Notes under the pieces: generated by a model
The model's input: only the letters and a program-made list of their open reading frames with translations
What the model was told of the DNA's origin: nothing
Database searches by the model: none
Shown: positions 38,605 to 50,278 of the stretch, one piece after another
Numbering within the stretch: position 1 is the stretch's first letter
Layout: the number at the start of each line of letters is the position of its first letter
Source: Malassezia furfur
Lineage: Eukaryota
Reading direction: 5' to 3' (one strand)
DNA: 64,000 nt
Assembly: GCA_052055015.1 (NCBI GenBank)
Contig: JBQJIT010000020.1
Made by a program: the position numbers and the translations under genes

Positions 38605-40166
38605 ATGCGCGTACGTCATGGTGCACTGACCTAGATCGCGGTGGAAGGATGCTCGCACGGCGAGCTGGATACCATCTATGACCAGATTCTCACTAAAGAG
38701 AAAGAGACGTCCCAGCGCGTAGACCTCTTGTTGCTTTGCGGCGACGTGCAAGCCGCACGCAACGACGCTGACCTGCATAGCCTGGCGGTGCCCGTGAAGT
38801 ACCGTCGCCTCGGCGACTTTCATCGCTACTATGCAGGGGAGCGCATGGCACCTATTCTGACCATCGTTATCGGTGGCAACCACGAGGCCAGCAACTATTT
38901 ATGGGAGTTATACTTTGGTGGTTGGCTCGCACCAAACATATACCACCTCGGTGCCGCAGGATGTGTGGGTATTGGCGACCTCGTCATTGCAGGCGCATCG
39001 GGCATCTACAAGGTAAACGACTATGCCAAGGGACACTATGAGCGCCAACCGTACTCACCCGGAGACTTGCGCAGCATCTACCACACGCGCCAATTTGAGA
39101 TCAGCAAGCTGCGGTTTCTGCATCGTCCCGACATCTTTTTGTCGCATGACTGGCCCAACACCATTGAACAGTACGGCGAAGTGCACGACTTGATTCGGAG
39201 AAAGCCCTTCTTCCGGCAGGAGATTCAAACCTCCTCGCTCGGGTCTCCGCCGTTGCAGTCCCTGCTCATGACGCTGCATCCACGTTATTGGTTTTCGGCC
39301 CACCTCCATGTGAGGTATGCGGCCAAAGTTCTCTTTAATGGACCTTTGCCCACCAAGGTCCCGACGGAATCCTATCTCCCCCCGGTGGCCCAGCAAGCTG
39401 TGGCCGACGAGCCCAATCCCGAGGCCCTCGTAATTGACGACGACTTTGATGACGCCGCCCCGAACGATGTAAGGCAAAAAGATTTGTCGTCTACGGCAGC
39501 CGAGGCGGACGTCACCGAATTCTTGGCCCTGAGCAAGTGCTCCTCAAGACTTGATTATCTCGAGTTCATCGACGTGACGACATCGCACGACACAGAACTC
39601 GCCGCTATCCCCGCAAACGAACGCCCTAAGCTCCCTTTGGAATTTGATTCGCGCTGGCTCGCCATTACCAAAGTGCTTCAACCCTATTTTTCCCTCCAGC
39701 GATACCAAAAGCGCCTCCCGGATTTCCAGGACTCCTCAGTGCGCGAACAAATCAATCAGGAGCAACAAACGTTTGACAAGCTGGCTCAGGAAGATATGCA
39801 TGCTCTCTCTATTTGGCGCGTGCAACAGTTCGCTCGTACCGCGCCGACACAAACCGAGCAGGGCGACGCCCGCCTTCCTTGTACGTTGCTTTTCGCTTAC
39901 ACGCAGCCTCTGTTTTTTCTAATCCTCAGACACAGGCATTTTGTGCGTTGGTCCAGATACCCAACCCTATCAACTCCCATTTCCATGATGCAAGTACCAG
40001 CGGCGAACGCCACCGCGGTACGACTGGGGTCCGTGTACCTGAGCACCCTGCTGAGGTCCCTGACGCCGATGCATGCCAAGACGAGCTCGCCCGAATTCAA
40101 GCCATTGCACAAGATCGGAAACGCAAGCGCTATGCAGCAGATCCTGCGCATCATGCATCGTCCTAG
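38605..40166 (+). CDS. DBR1: RNA lariat debranching enzyme
   Basis: MR|IAVEGCSHGELD (24-nt intron 38611-38634), CGDVQ, GGNHE, SHDWP, WFSAHLH, FLALSKC. Intron 39881-39906 shifts into NPQTQAFCALV. Confidence 0.92.
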
Positions 40167-40392
40167 CGAACACATCGCAGATGCCATTGGCTCTTTATGG
40201 CCGAATGCAATTGAAAATATGTCAGCATAGGTATGATCTGCATAATGGCAGTGCAAAGTATTGGATTTCCCTCCCCACTAATGCGGGCCCTGACAAATAT
40301 CGCACGTGTACAACACTGACTGGCCTAGGTTAAGAATTGTGATCGACAATAAAATACCTAGTGTAGTTGACATTTCTTGGCCCCCCACCAAG

Positions 40393-41805
40393 ATGTCAGC
40401 TGCCGCCGAGATGCACCAAACCGAGGCACGGAAGCGTGTGGTTCGACCTGAATCGGACCCCAAGGTCGGTGCTCAAGACGAAGTACCTCGCTATTCGTCC
40501 CGCCAGGAGCAAGTGGCGGACTCAAAGGAGCTCTTCCAGTACAAGGTGCCCGACTTGACGGTGCGCGACCTCCTCTCGGCGATCCCTAAGCACTGTTTTG
40601 AGCGGTCTACGTTCCGTTCGAGCCTCTACCTGCTTGGTGATGTGGTTCAAATTGCCATGCTTGCGTATGCCGCCTCTTGGATCGACACTCTCTCCACCTA
40701 CGCACAGTTTTCGACGTCGTTTGCATCAGAGGAGACGATCCAGCGGTCCATTCGTTGGGTCCTTTGGGGCCTCTACGGTTTTTACCAAGGTCTCGTTTTT
40801 ACCGGCGTCTGGGTCATTGCCCATGAATGCGGCCACCAGGCGTACAGCCCTAGCAAGACGATCAACAATGCGGTTGGCTGGGTGCTACACTCGGCTCTCC
40901 TTGTCCCCTACCACTCATGGCGCATTTCGCACGCGCGCCACCATGCGGGTACGGGGCACATGACGCGTGACGAGGTCTTTGTTCCCCATACTCGCGAAGA
41001 CCGTGGCATGCTTCCGTTGCGTCCGGCCGGCAATGATGCGCCTTCGCAAGAGACGTTTGGCGAGTGGCTCGCTGAAACGCTCGAGGATGTGCCTCTGTAC
41101 AACTTTGTTGAGCTGGTAATTCAGCAGCTCCTTGGATGGCCTCTTTATCTTCTCTTCGATGTGTCTAGCCAGATGCACCACCCGAAGTGGACGAACCGTA
41201 TGTGATGACGACTGACCTTAGACTTCTCTCCCAACTCGGTCATCTTTGACAAGCGCCATCGCAACCAAATCCTCATGTCGGATGTTGGTATTGCCCTTAT
41301 GTTGGGTGCACTGTTTGCTTGGGGGCATTTCTCGTCTGGTGGCTGGAAAGAGGTGGCTCAGTATTACCTCGTTCCTTACCTTTGGACAAACAACTGGCTA
41401 GTGATGATCACCTACCTGCAGCACACGGACCCTCTTCTTCCTCACTACGATGCTTCTACGTGGAACTTTGCCCGTGGCGCTCTCTGCACCATGGATCGCA
41501 ACTGGCTGGGTCCGGTCGGTCCTTATCTTCTCCACGGCATCAGCGAAACCCATGTCCTGCACCACGTGTGCAGCAAGATTCCTCATTATCATGCCTGGGA
41601 GGCCTCTGAGGCACTGCAAAAACGGATTGGTGTCCACTATATGAAGTCGGATGAAAACGTGCTTGTCTCCTTGTGGAAGACGATTCGCGGCTGCCGTTTT
41701 GTGAAGAACGAACCGGTGGCTTTCTACCACAATGCCAATGGCGTCCCGAAGAGCGTTGCTGTCTTCCCTCAGGTCGACGACTCTGGGGTTGCATTCTCGA
41801 GCTAG
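40393..41805 (+). CDS. FAD2: Delta-12 (oleate) fatty acid desaturase
   Basis: AIPKHCFERS, histidine boxes HECGH, HARHH and HVLHH, ITYLQHTDP. Intron 41198-41221. Confidence 0.92.
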
Positions 41806-41995
41806 GAAAGAGGGACGGCTTCTCTGTCTGAAATTTTATTTTCTCTCAGCTACTGCTGCCTCTCTTTGTACATAGCACCATTTGACGCTTGTTGACTACA
41901 TGCACCCCGAGTTAGCACGACTTTCAACTGTCGTGGAGAATAAGTTTGTTTAGTAAAAAACCTTGCGACCAACACCCCCACCTACTTTCGACAAA

Positions 41996-42477
41996 ATGGG
42001 TTTGGAGCCAAGCACAAAGCCAACGGAGTAGGTGAACGCCGCTCACATACAGGCCTCCCAAAGACGATCCGTTTACTGTCGAAGAGCTCGCAAAATACGA
42101 TGGGTCAGACCCGTCGAAGCCAGTTTATGTTGCGGTGAAAGGTGCGTTAAACCGACTACACACTGACCTCAGGTACCATTTTCGATGTTTCACCACGGCG
42201 CGAGATGTATGGTAGGTGATACTTTCAGGAGATTTGACCTTGCAGCCCCAGGAAATGGATACCACGTTTTTGCCGGAAAGGACGCATCTCGTGGCTTGGG
42301 CATGTCCAGCTTGAAACCCGAAGACGCCGTGTCCGACTATTCCACGCTTACTGAAGCACAGATGAAGGTGCTCAACGACTGGGTGCGTCGAGCTGTTGCA
42401 TGTGGGGGTGCTAACCCAAATTACAGTTTGAATACTATAAGAAGCGATATAACATCGTCGGCAAGGTTGTTTCGTAG
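41996..42477 (+). CDS. Cytochrome b5-like heme/steroid-binding protein (MAPR/Dap1 family)
   Basis: Four introns give FTVEELAKYDG...VYVAVKGTIFDVS...MYAPGNGYHVFAGKDASRGLG...LNDWFEYYKKRYNIVGKV. Confidence 0.85.
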
Positions 42478-42478
42478 T

Positions 42479-43016
42479 TCAAGTAACATTTGCAATGTCT
42501 TGTAGGGCGTCGGGTGGGATCTGACCTTGCTTCCGCCTGGGTCAGTAGCATGCTGCGTACGTTAATGCCCCTTTAAAGATAAAAGTATACTTTCCACCGC
42601 TTTTGATCGGTGGTGGCGTATGCTCATAGCCAATTGGTAAACCACATCGTGTACAAAGAAAGTCGTACTGCTGCTCGAGCCGCCCGTCATCACTGTTGGT
42701 CAGCTTGGGGAAACATACCGTCTGACCATCTGGCCTTCTCCTTGTGATGCACTGATTTTGTACACATGAGCACGGAGTAACTGTCCGTCTGGCTTTTCGG
42801 CGTCCATGCACCGCAATACGCGTGACTTGTCGAAGGGACGTTCTGGGAGAAGTTCTAGGGCCTTGTTGCAAACCAAAACAAATTCGCCGCATAAACAGTA
42901 GTATACAAGTAAATCGTTTTGTGATCGGTCATCCACGGCATTGCTCTTGTGTGCCCTAACGAGTGTCAGTATACGGAGAACGTGCAGTCAACGTACATGG
43001 GACTATGACGTGACAT
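42479..43016 (-). CDS. STEEP1/CXorf56 (UPF0428)-like Zn-binding protein
   Basis: LLVYYCLCGEFVLV...LPERPFDKSRVL...EQQYDFLCTRCGLPIGY...YTFIFKGALT, assembled through three introns. Confidence 0.75.
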
Positions 43017-43110
43017 GATCGTCCTTGTCCGGGGAAATTGCGACACGACAGTAAAACTTGTGTTACTAATTACATAAATTTCTCACCATCCCCACGGTGG
43101 TCTACACGTC

Positions 43111-44613
43111 ATGGGTGCAGAAATCTCGAAGCTACGCGGCCAAGGCAAAACGCAGCATCAAGAACAGCTACCATTCCAAGCAACAGGGGAAGAAAGAAAG
43201 ACTGTTCCTTCGGATACCTTGGAAGAAGTTGCAAACTCTGTGTCAGCAGAAGAGAAAATCGCCTCGCAGAACGCAGAGGAATCTTCCGATACCCAGGTTG
43301 CCCCTACGGAGGAGTCAAAACTGCTTGTTTCAGAAAACACTGTGCCGGAAAGTACACAAGTCAAGGAAGAAGCTACCGGTCCTGACGACTCCCTAGCTAG
43401 TTTTCGCGAACGAGTCCAGCGTCTACGGGCAGAAGGTTCGTATTCAGAGCAGGATGACCAAATTCGTACTGAACTGGCATCCTCAGGGCTCCTTGATCCT
43501 GTCGAGGCCACCGTAAGTCAAAGTGATACAGACTCGTTGAGCGATTCAGAAAGCGAATCTTCAAGTGATAATTCCAACGACGAGTCTGGAGACGAACCCG
43601 TTAACGAACCTGATACGGTGGATGACCAAAAGGGAAGCGAAACACCCCCAAAGACAAAACACGAAATTCTGGACGAAGAGGTCCCCTTGCCTCCGGTATC
43701 CCAGCTGGATCCTACAGATTTGCCGTTGCTCCATCACATTGGCCAAATTCATTCCATCGTGGACAATGTCGTTTTGATTGCACAAACGGAAGAGCCTACT
43801 GAGGATCTATCACAACGCGCCTTTGACGTTCTTGACTCTGGAAGTTTATTGTCCATGAAAGACGGACGCGTAATCGGTTTGGTTTACGAAACGTTTGGGT
43901 CGGTCAAGGCGCCCTTTTATTCCGTGCGCTTCCCTTCGGAGGACTCTATCGACAGGGACATCATCAACCCCGGTGTTCCTGTTTACTATCTTCCTACAAG
44001 CAGTACCTACGTTCTCGCACGTACGATTCGAACCAAAGGAAGTGATGCAAGCAACATTTGGGATGAAGAAGTTGGCGAAGATGAGGCGGAATACAGTGAT
44101 GACGAAGGGGAAGCAACTGCCAAGCGTCGCGCAAAGCAAGAGCGTCGGATGAAAGGTGAAAATGCAACCCCTTCTTCTCCTCCGTCAGAGGTTGATCCAA
44201 TGGAGGCATCGCTTGGTCCACTTGGAGGTTATCCAGCAGGTGGGTCCTCCAACACGCGTGGGCGGAAGCGAAAGGACAAGAGCCGGCGAGGACGCGGGGG
44301 CTTCCAAGGAGAAACAAAGCGTGGTCGACCCCAATTTTATGGAAATTATCCAGCTGCTCCTCATATCAACCCAAGGTTTGCTGGACAATGGATGCAGGCT
44401 CCCCCCTACGGCATGCCTCCGGTGATGCCGCCATTCCCGCCGGGGTTCGCCATGCCAAACGTGGACTCCTACCGCCCAGAGGGATATGAAGCCTACTCTC
44501 CCCATCATGCGCGCATCGACTCGTCTCGGCAAAGCACCTATGACCCAAATGCGCCCAGTCTGTCACCTCGAGTGGAATCTCACACTCCGGACCGCTATAC
44601 CCCGTCATCGTAG
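43111..44613 (+). CDS. NAF1: H/ACA snoRNP assembly factor Naf1
   Basis: Gar1/Naf1 domain (IGQIHSIVD, DSGSLL, VYETFGSVKAPFYSVRF) followed by KGSDASNIWDEEV...EYSDDE. Confidence 0.88.
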   Translation: MGAEISKLRGQGKTQHQEQLPFQATGEERKTVPSDTLEEVANSVSAEEKIASQNAEESSDTQVAPTEESKLLVSENTVPESTQVKEEATGPDDSLASFRERVQRLRAEGSYSEQDDQIRTELASSGLLDPVEATVSQSDTDSLSDSESESSSDNSNDESGDEPVNEPDTVDDQKGSETPPKTKHEILDEEVPLPPVSQLDPTDLPLLHHIGQIHSIVDNVVLIAQTEEPTEDLSQRAFDVLDSGSLLSMKDGRVIGLVYETFGSVKAPFYSVRFPSEDSIDRDIINPGVPVYYLPTSSTYVLARTIRTKGSDASNIWDEEVGEDEAEYSDDEGEATAKRRAKQERRMKGENATPSSPPSEVDPMEASLGPLGGYPAGGSSNTRGRKRKDKSRRGRGGFQGETKRGRPQFYGNYPAAPHINPRFAGQWMQAPPYGMPPVMPPFPPGFAMPNVDSYRPEGYEAYSPHHARIDSSRQSTYDPNAPSLSPRVESHTPDRYTPSS

Positions 44614-44669
44614 CTTTCCCATCATTTACTGGGTATCATGTGCCACTATACTACTTATATATATGGCTG

Positions 44670-46271
44670 CTACACTTTTGAAAAAGATGCGCTGTTGTCC
44701 AAGTAAGGATACAGGTCTGTAGTCAAGTGTTCACTTGGTTTCTTTGCACGGATCTGATGCGAAAGGTAACGGCAGCACAAGCTCAACGCTTTGGGGTCAA
44801 GCTCACTCAGCTTTTTTGCCTCTTCAGCAATAAGCTCGTCAATGTATTCTGGTGTGATTTTTCTGCCTTCGTCAGAGTGTGCGCCATGATACACCCATTG
44901 CCAGAGTGAGATGCGGGAAATCTCCGCGGTCGCTGCTTCCGCGACTATAAAATTGATAGGCACACAGGCTTTACCTCGCAGCCAATTTGCACAGTACACG
45001 AGTACGGTTTCGATGTTGATCCGCGCCCCTTTCTCGGTAATCTTCCCAGGGAAATTGGTGTTAAGCAGGTCCTGAGCCACAACATGCACGTCTTCACGGC
45101 GCACGTAATACTGGTTTGCACCTGGCATTTGCTTGTTGAAGATTTCAATTGCCATGGGAACAAATGCAGGGTCAGACACACAGCCACCGTCGTGTCCCGC
45201 CTGGGCTTCACGGAGTTTATCAGCAGCAACTTTCTTCCTGGCGGCCTCATTTGCGACCTTGTCATGTTCAATAGGGATCTGGGCAGCCATCCCACCAATG
45301 GCAGCGACGCCTCTCTTATGGCAGACTTGTATAAGAAGTTCCACATAGGCCTTCATAAAAGGCACAGTCATGGTGACATCGTCACGATCCGGTAGCACAA
45401 CACCTTTGTTGTATCGCTGACGCTTGATGAACGAGAAGATGTAGTCCCAGCGACCACAGTTGAGACCAGACGAGTGCTCGCGCAGCTCGTAAATGATCTC
45501 CTCCATTTCAAATGTGGCTGTAATAGTCTCGATCAGCACGGTGCCACGGATTGTTCCGCGTGGCATATCGACGTAGTCCTGCGCGAAGTTGAAAATGTCG
45601 TTCCACAAACGTGCCTCGAGGTGGGATTCAAGTTTGGGGAGGTAGAAATAAGGACCGATACCGTTCTGGACGAGCTGCTTGGCATTGTGGAAAAAGTAGA
45701 GACCAAAGTCAAACAGGCCACCAGCAATGGGCTTTGCATCCACTAGGAAAAACTCCTCATTCAGGTGCCAGCTGCGTGGTCGGACAATCGGTGTTGCTAG
45801 TTCTTCGTTGGGCCTCAGTTTCCAATCCGCTCCGTTCTCATCCTTGTAGTCCAAGGTGCGATGAATTGCTGCCTTCATATTCACCTGTCCATCTAGGCTG
45901 TTTGCCCACGTAGGTGTAGTTTGGTCTTCAAAATCGGCCATGTACGCGTACGCGCCAGAGTTCAACAACTTCATGACTGTGTGTCGGTCCACAGGGCCGG
46001 AGGTCTCGACGCGCCGGTTACAGAGTCCTGGAGCTGGTGGTGCGCCCATCCACGTTGGATCTTCACGGATATGAGCGGTTTGAGGCAAGAAGTCGAGCCG
46101 ACAACCAGCGTCCAACTCAACCTGACGCGCTGCACGGGCTTGAAGACGCTCCTGGCGTTTTTCTTCAAAGACGCGGTGCAAGGCTGCTAAAAATGCAATG
46201 GCCTCTGGAGACAAGATGTTCACATGTTCCCCAACAATAGGGGCAAGAATGCGAACTCCCTCGACGGACAT
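44670..46271 (-). CDS. Malate synthase paralog with altered active-site motifs
   Basis: 533 aa, colinear with the adjacent MLS1, intact frame, ends SKV. Several catalytic motifs are changed (see findings). Confidence 0.88.
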   Translation of the reverse strand: MSVEGVRILAPIVGEHVNILSPEAIAFLAALHRVFEEKRQERLQARAARQVELDAGCRLDFLPQTAHIREDPTWMGAPPAPGLCNRRVETSGPVDRHTVMKLLNSGAYAYMADFEDQTTPTWANSLDGQVNMKAAIHRTLDYKDENGADWKLRPNEELATPIVRPRSWHLNEEFFLVDAKPIAGGLFDFGLYFFHNAKQLVQNGIGPYFYLPKLESHLEARLWNDIFNFAQDYVDMPRGTIRGTVLIETITATFEMEEIIYELREHSSGLNCGRWDYIFSFIKRQRYNKGVVLPDRDDVTMTVPFMKAYVELLIQVCHKRGVAAIGGMAAQIPIEHDKVANEAARKKVAADKLREAQAGHDGGCVSDPAFVPMAIEIFNKQMPGANQYYVRREDVHVVAQDLLNTNFPGKITEKGARINIETVLVYCANWLRGKACVPINFIVAEAATAEISRISLWQWVYHGAHSDEGRKITPEYIDELIAEEAKKLSELDPKALSLCCRYLSHQIRAKKPSEHLTTDLYPYLDNSASFSKV

Positions 46272-46503
46272 TCTGTCGAATTTCGTGAATGAAAGTGACT
46301 AGGATGACGGGCTAGCCTAATTCAGATAAGATTCGCGAGGGTCCGATAAACTCCACAAAAGCGACGCCCTTGATAAGATTAAATGCTGACAGGAACTGCA
46401 CGCAGAGAGTGCCAGGCGCGGAGGCGACGAATATGTGATGACGTACACACCGAGATAGGATGACGCCGTGTGCTTTCGCTAAGCATATCTACCATATGTT
46501 TTA

Positions 46504-47788
46504 TTAGATCTTCGAAAGGCTGGCACTGTTGTCGAGGTGCGCCGTCAGATCCGTGGTCAAGAACTCGCTCGGCTTCTTCGCGCGCACCTGCTGCGAGAGG
46601 TAGCGACGCGACAGGTCCACCGCCTTGGGGTCGAGCTTCGTGAGCTTCTTTGCCTCGTCGGCCAGGAGCTCGTCAATGTACTGCGGCGTAATCTTCTTGC
46701 CGTCGACGGTGCTCGCGCCGTGGAAGACCCACTGCCAGAGCGAAATACGCGAAATCTCGGCCGTCGCAGCGTCCTCCATCAGGAAGTTGATCGGCACACA
46801 GCCGAGACCGTGCACCCAGTTGGCGCAGTAGGCAAGCAACGCCGAGACGTTGGCGCGCGCGCCCTTCTCGGTAATCTTACCGGTGACGTTGGGGTTGAGC
46901 AGGTCGAGCGCGGTGACGTTGACCTCCTCGCGGCGCACGTAGTACTGGTTGGGACCAATCATGTACTTGTCAAAGATTTCCAGGGCAATCTTGACCAGCG
47001 CGGGGTGCGCCACCCAGGTGCCGTCGTGGCCGGCCTTAACCTCGCGCAGCTTGTCGGCGCGCACCTTCTCCATGGCGGCGTCGTTGGCCTTGGGGTCGTC
47101 CTTGATCGGGATCTGCGCGGCCATACCACCAATCGCAGCGACACCACGCTTGTGGCAGGTCTGGATCAGCAGGTTCACGTAGGCCTGCATGAAGGGTGCC
47201 GTCATGGTGACGTCACCACGGTCCGGCAGCACGGCGCTCTGGTTGTAGCGCTGGCGCTTGATGAACGAGAAGATGTAGTCCCAGCGACCACAGTTGAGAC
47301 CAGACGAGTGCTCGCGCAGCTCGTAAATGATCTCCTCCATTTCAAAGGCGGCCGTGATGGTCTCAATCAGCACGGTGCCACGGATCGTGCCGCGGGGCAT
47401 GCCGATGTAGTCCTGCGCAAAGTTGAACACGTCGTTCCACAGGCGCGCCTCGAGGTGCGACTCCATCTTGGGAAGGTAGAAGTAGGGGCCGTAGCCGTTC
47501 TTGACGAGCTGCTCGGCGTTGTGGAAGAAGTACAGACCAAAGTCAAACAGACCACCCGAGATCGGCTTGCCGTCCACGAGGAAGAACTCCTCGTTGAGGT
47601 GCCACCCACGGGGACGCACAATCAGGGTGGCAAGCTGGTCCGCGGGCTTCAGCTTGTACTCCTTGCCGTTCGACTGCTTAAAGTCAACGCGGCGGTTGAT
47701 GGCGGCGTTCAGGTTAACCTGGCCGTCGAGGTTGTTCGCCCAGGTCGGGGAGTTCGAATCCTCAAAGTCAGCCATGTACGTGTAGGCA

Positions 47789-47820
<32 letters not shown>

Positions 47821-48105
47821 GTCGACCGGGCCGGTGATCTCGACACGGCGGTCGCGCAGACCCGGCGCAGGCTTAGCACCCATCCAGGTGGGGTCCTCAC
47901 GGATGTGGGCCGTCTGCGGCAGGAAGTCGAGCTGCTTGCCAGCGTCCAGCTCAACCTGGCGCGCCTCACGGGCACGCAGTCGCTCCTGGCGCGTGCTCTC
48001 GAAGATACGGTGCAGCGTCGCCACGAACTTGATCGCCTCGGGGGTGAGGATCTTGGCGTGCTCGCCGAGCACAGGGGCAAGGATACGAACACCTTCAACC
48101 GACAT
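46504..48105 (-). CDS. MLS1: Malate synthase (glyoxylate cycle), canonical copy
   Basis: [51 protein letters not shown]-terminal SKI (PTS1-like). Confidence 0.96.
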
Positions 48106-48150
48106 GATGTGTAGAGGTAGACGTTAAACCGCTCACACCGCTCTATTTCC

Positions 48151-48155
48151 TTATA
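48151..48155 (-). promoter_or_regulatory. TATA-like element of MLS1
   Basis: TATAA on the minus strand about 45 nt upstream of the MLS1 ATG; a CCAAT lies at 48251-48255. Confidence 0.4.
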
Positions 48156-48732
48156 TTGCCCCGGCGTTCCGAACCTCACCCCGGCTCGGCGAGCCCCGCG
48201 CACCCCGCAGTCTGTGCGCCTCCCACCGAGAGGTTCTCTCGGGTGCTTGCACCAATCACAATAAGGGCACGGTGCAGATGTCCGGTTAGTTCCTCGCCAA
48301 GGCTGTGCCGGTCTTCCGGTTATGTCATGCTGAGCAAGTGATCAGGACTCGTTACTCAGCGCATGGTAAGCTGCGATAGCCACGCACGTTGCGCAATCAG
48401 CCGCCCCCAACTGCAGGACCAGGGGCTTATCTGCAGCTCAGGTATCACGAGAGCAGGCACGTTTTTTTGCGCAGACGCGTCAGCGCGGCCAAGCCCGGCT
48501 GTGATTGTAGGGAAATCGCGTGCAGTTATGCAGCTTCTAATTTCGAACGAAGTGTCCGCCTTTATCGCGATCTTGCTAGTCTTATTGGGATATGTGCCGC
48601 GCGATTAATTAGGCGTGCAATCTAGCAGGGGTAGGTGGCCTGTTTCAGTACCCCAGGGGAGATTGCGTGTCACTCTCTTCCTCGCACACGTCGCATTCGC
48701 GCGCTCGTACCTAGGGTACAGAGTACGCTGCG

Positions 48733-49716
48733 ATGGCACCAAAATCGTCGGGCTCCCCCGCGCGACCACCGTCCAAGAGGTGGTCGTCCATTATCAGCCA
48801 ACCTTCCATCTTCCGCAAATCCTCGGCAGACAATACCCACCGCTTTTCCACGGTCGACCCGGCTGGTCCAGGTTCCGACGTGATGCGCATGTTTCGTCCA
48901 AAACGCTTCTTGTCGTCTGATCATACGCCTTGCGAGGATGTATGGGAGATCCGCTCTTCCTCGTGTTGTGAATTTGACCGTCTTCGAAAGAACCTGGCGC
49001 TGGACGACGACCCGACCTGCCTCGAGTCGCTCTTTTGCCGTTTGATTGATTTCAGTTTGACCCCAGACCCACAAGAGAAGCCGGAGATCCACTCCGATGC
49101 AGAAACGCTCTCTTTGAACGACGACGACCAGAGCATGGGCGACATGAGTCTGCCTTCGCCGTCGCTGGACGGTCCAAAACTGGGCACATATGTCCCGACA
49201 AGCACAAACACACCCATCATTATTGCACCCGAAGCGCCGCCCAAACCCCCGCGATCCAGCCTTCGACCTGTATACACCAAAACGCCGGCGATGCGCCCCA
49301 TACTGAGCAAAATTCCTGCAATGGAGCTATCGCTTTCTCAGAGCAGCTCGCAGCGTGCTTCGCCAGCGCTTTCGGGACTTGAAACACCACCGTTGGAGCC
49401 CAGCCGGAGCGGTCCCTACCTCGGTGACTCGGGGCATTCGAGCCGTGGCACACTGCCAGGGCTTGACTCCATGCCCGAATCGGACTGGTATTCTGGGTTC
49501 ATCCGTTCGTCGTCGTATGCGACACTTAGTGTGAGCCCAAGTGCAGACTGGTCGGCTGTGCGGCGACCTGAGCTGACTAGTCCGCTGCGCGAAAAAAGCG
49601 CTGCGCATTATGCGCATGCATCCATGTCGATACCAGTCTCGGACGACTATCTACACGAAATTGCCCGGCTCGACACGCATCTCCTGGTGAAGCCGCCTCC
49701 TTTCGCTCGTGGATGA
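48733..49716 (+). CDS. Hypothetical Ser/Pro-rich protein
   Basis: 327-codon ATG-initiated ORF, divergent from MLS1. Mostly low complexity, with no recognised domain. Confidence 0.6.
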   Translation: MAPKSSGSPARPPSKRWSSIISQPSIFRKSSADNTHRFSTVDPAGPGSDVMRMFRPKRFLSSDHTPCEDVWEIRSSSCCEFDRLRKNLALDDDPTCLESLFCRLIDFSLTPDPQEKPEIHSDAETLSLNDDDQSMGDMSLPSPSLDGPKLGTYVPTSTNTPIIIAPEAPPKPPRSSLRPVYTKTPAMRPILSKIPAMELSLSQSSSQRASPALSGLETPPLEPSRSGPYLGDSGHSSRGTLPGLDSMPESDWYSGFIRSSSYATLSVSPSADWSAVRRPELTSPLREKSAAHYAHASMSIPVSDDYLHEIARLDTHLLVKPPPFARG

Positions 49717-50278
49717 TACCGCTCTGTTTTTTTACCTACCCTGTATGGTCTTCGTCATCTTGCCATACACTCTACGCCGACATGGAGTGTCGGGCATCGT
49801 TCGATGATAAGGCCCCTGTTACATTCTGCCGGATTGGGTTGAACCTGCCTTGTCTGACGACAGGCTTTCGTTTTCTCCTACCATCGCATCTCACTACTTG
49901 CATGTGGCCTAGATAAAGACACTCGTTCGATTTTGTAATATACCTCTTTCCATCCCCCCGCGCGTACAGTAACAAAAGCACCGGACCTAGGGCGCTCATC
50001 TGACGTCGGATTAGTAAGCTATAGCTGCAACGCGCCATCGCCTCCAAAAACGGTCTCATCTGATCGCGGCTCGTGTGCGATTTGGAAGGAGAGGCGCAGA
50101 ACCTGTCTTTTCCGAAGAAGAGCCGAGGTGTGACTCTTGACCTTTTTGTGTACCCCTATACGGATCTATACTCGCGTTGGTTTTCCGAACAGACCAGCCG
50201 TATCTGGACCAACGTCCGTGTAAGGAAAAAAAAAATTGCAATCGCTTGACGTTCGCCGGAACGAACTAGTTCGGCAAT

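Noticed and set aside
41806..41995. AT-richer intergenic segment as a centromere core
   Set aside because: Too short and not AT-rich enough. It looks like a 3' UTR plus promoter.
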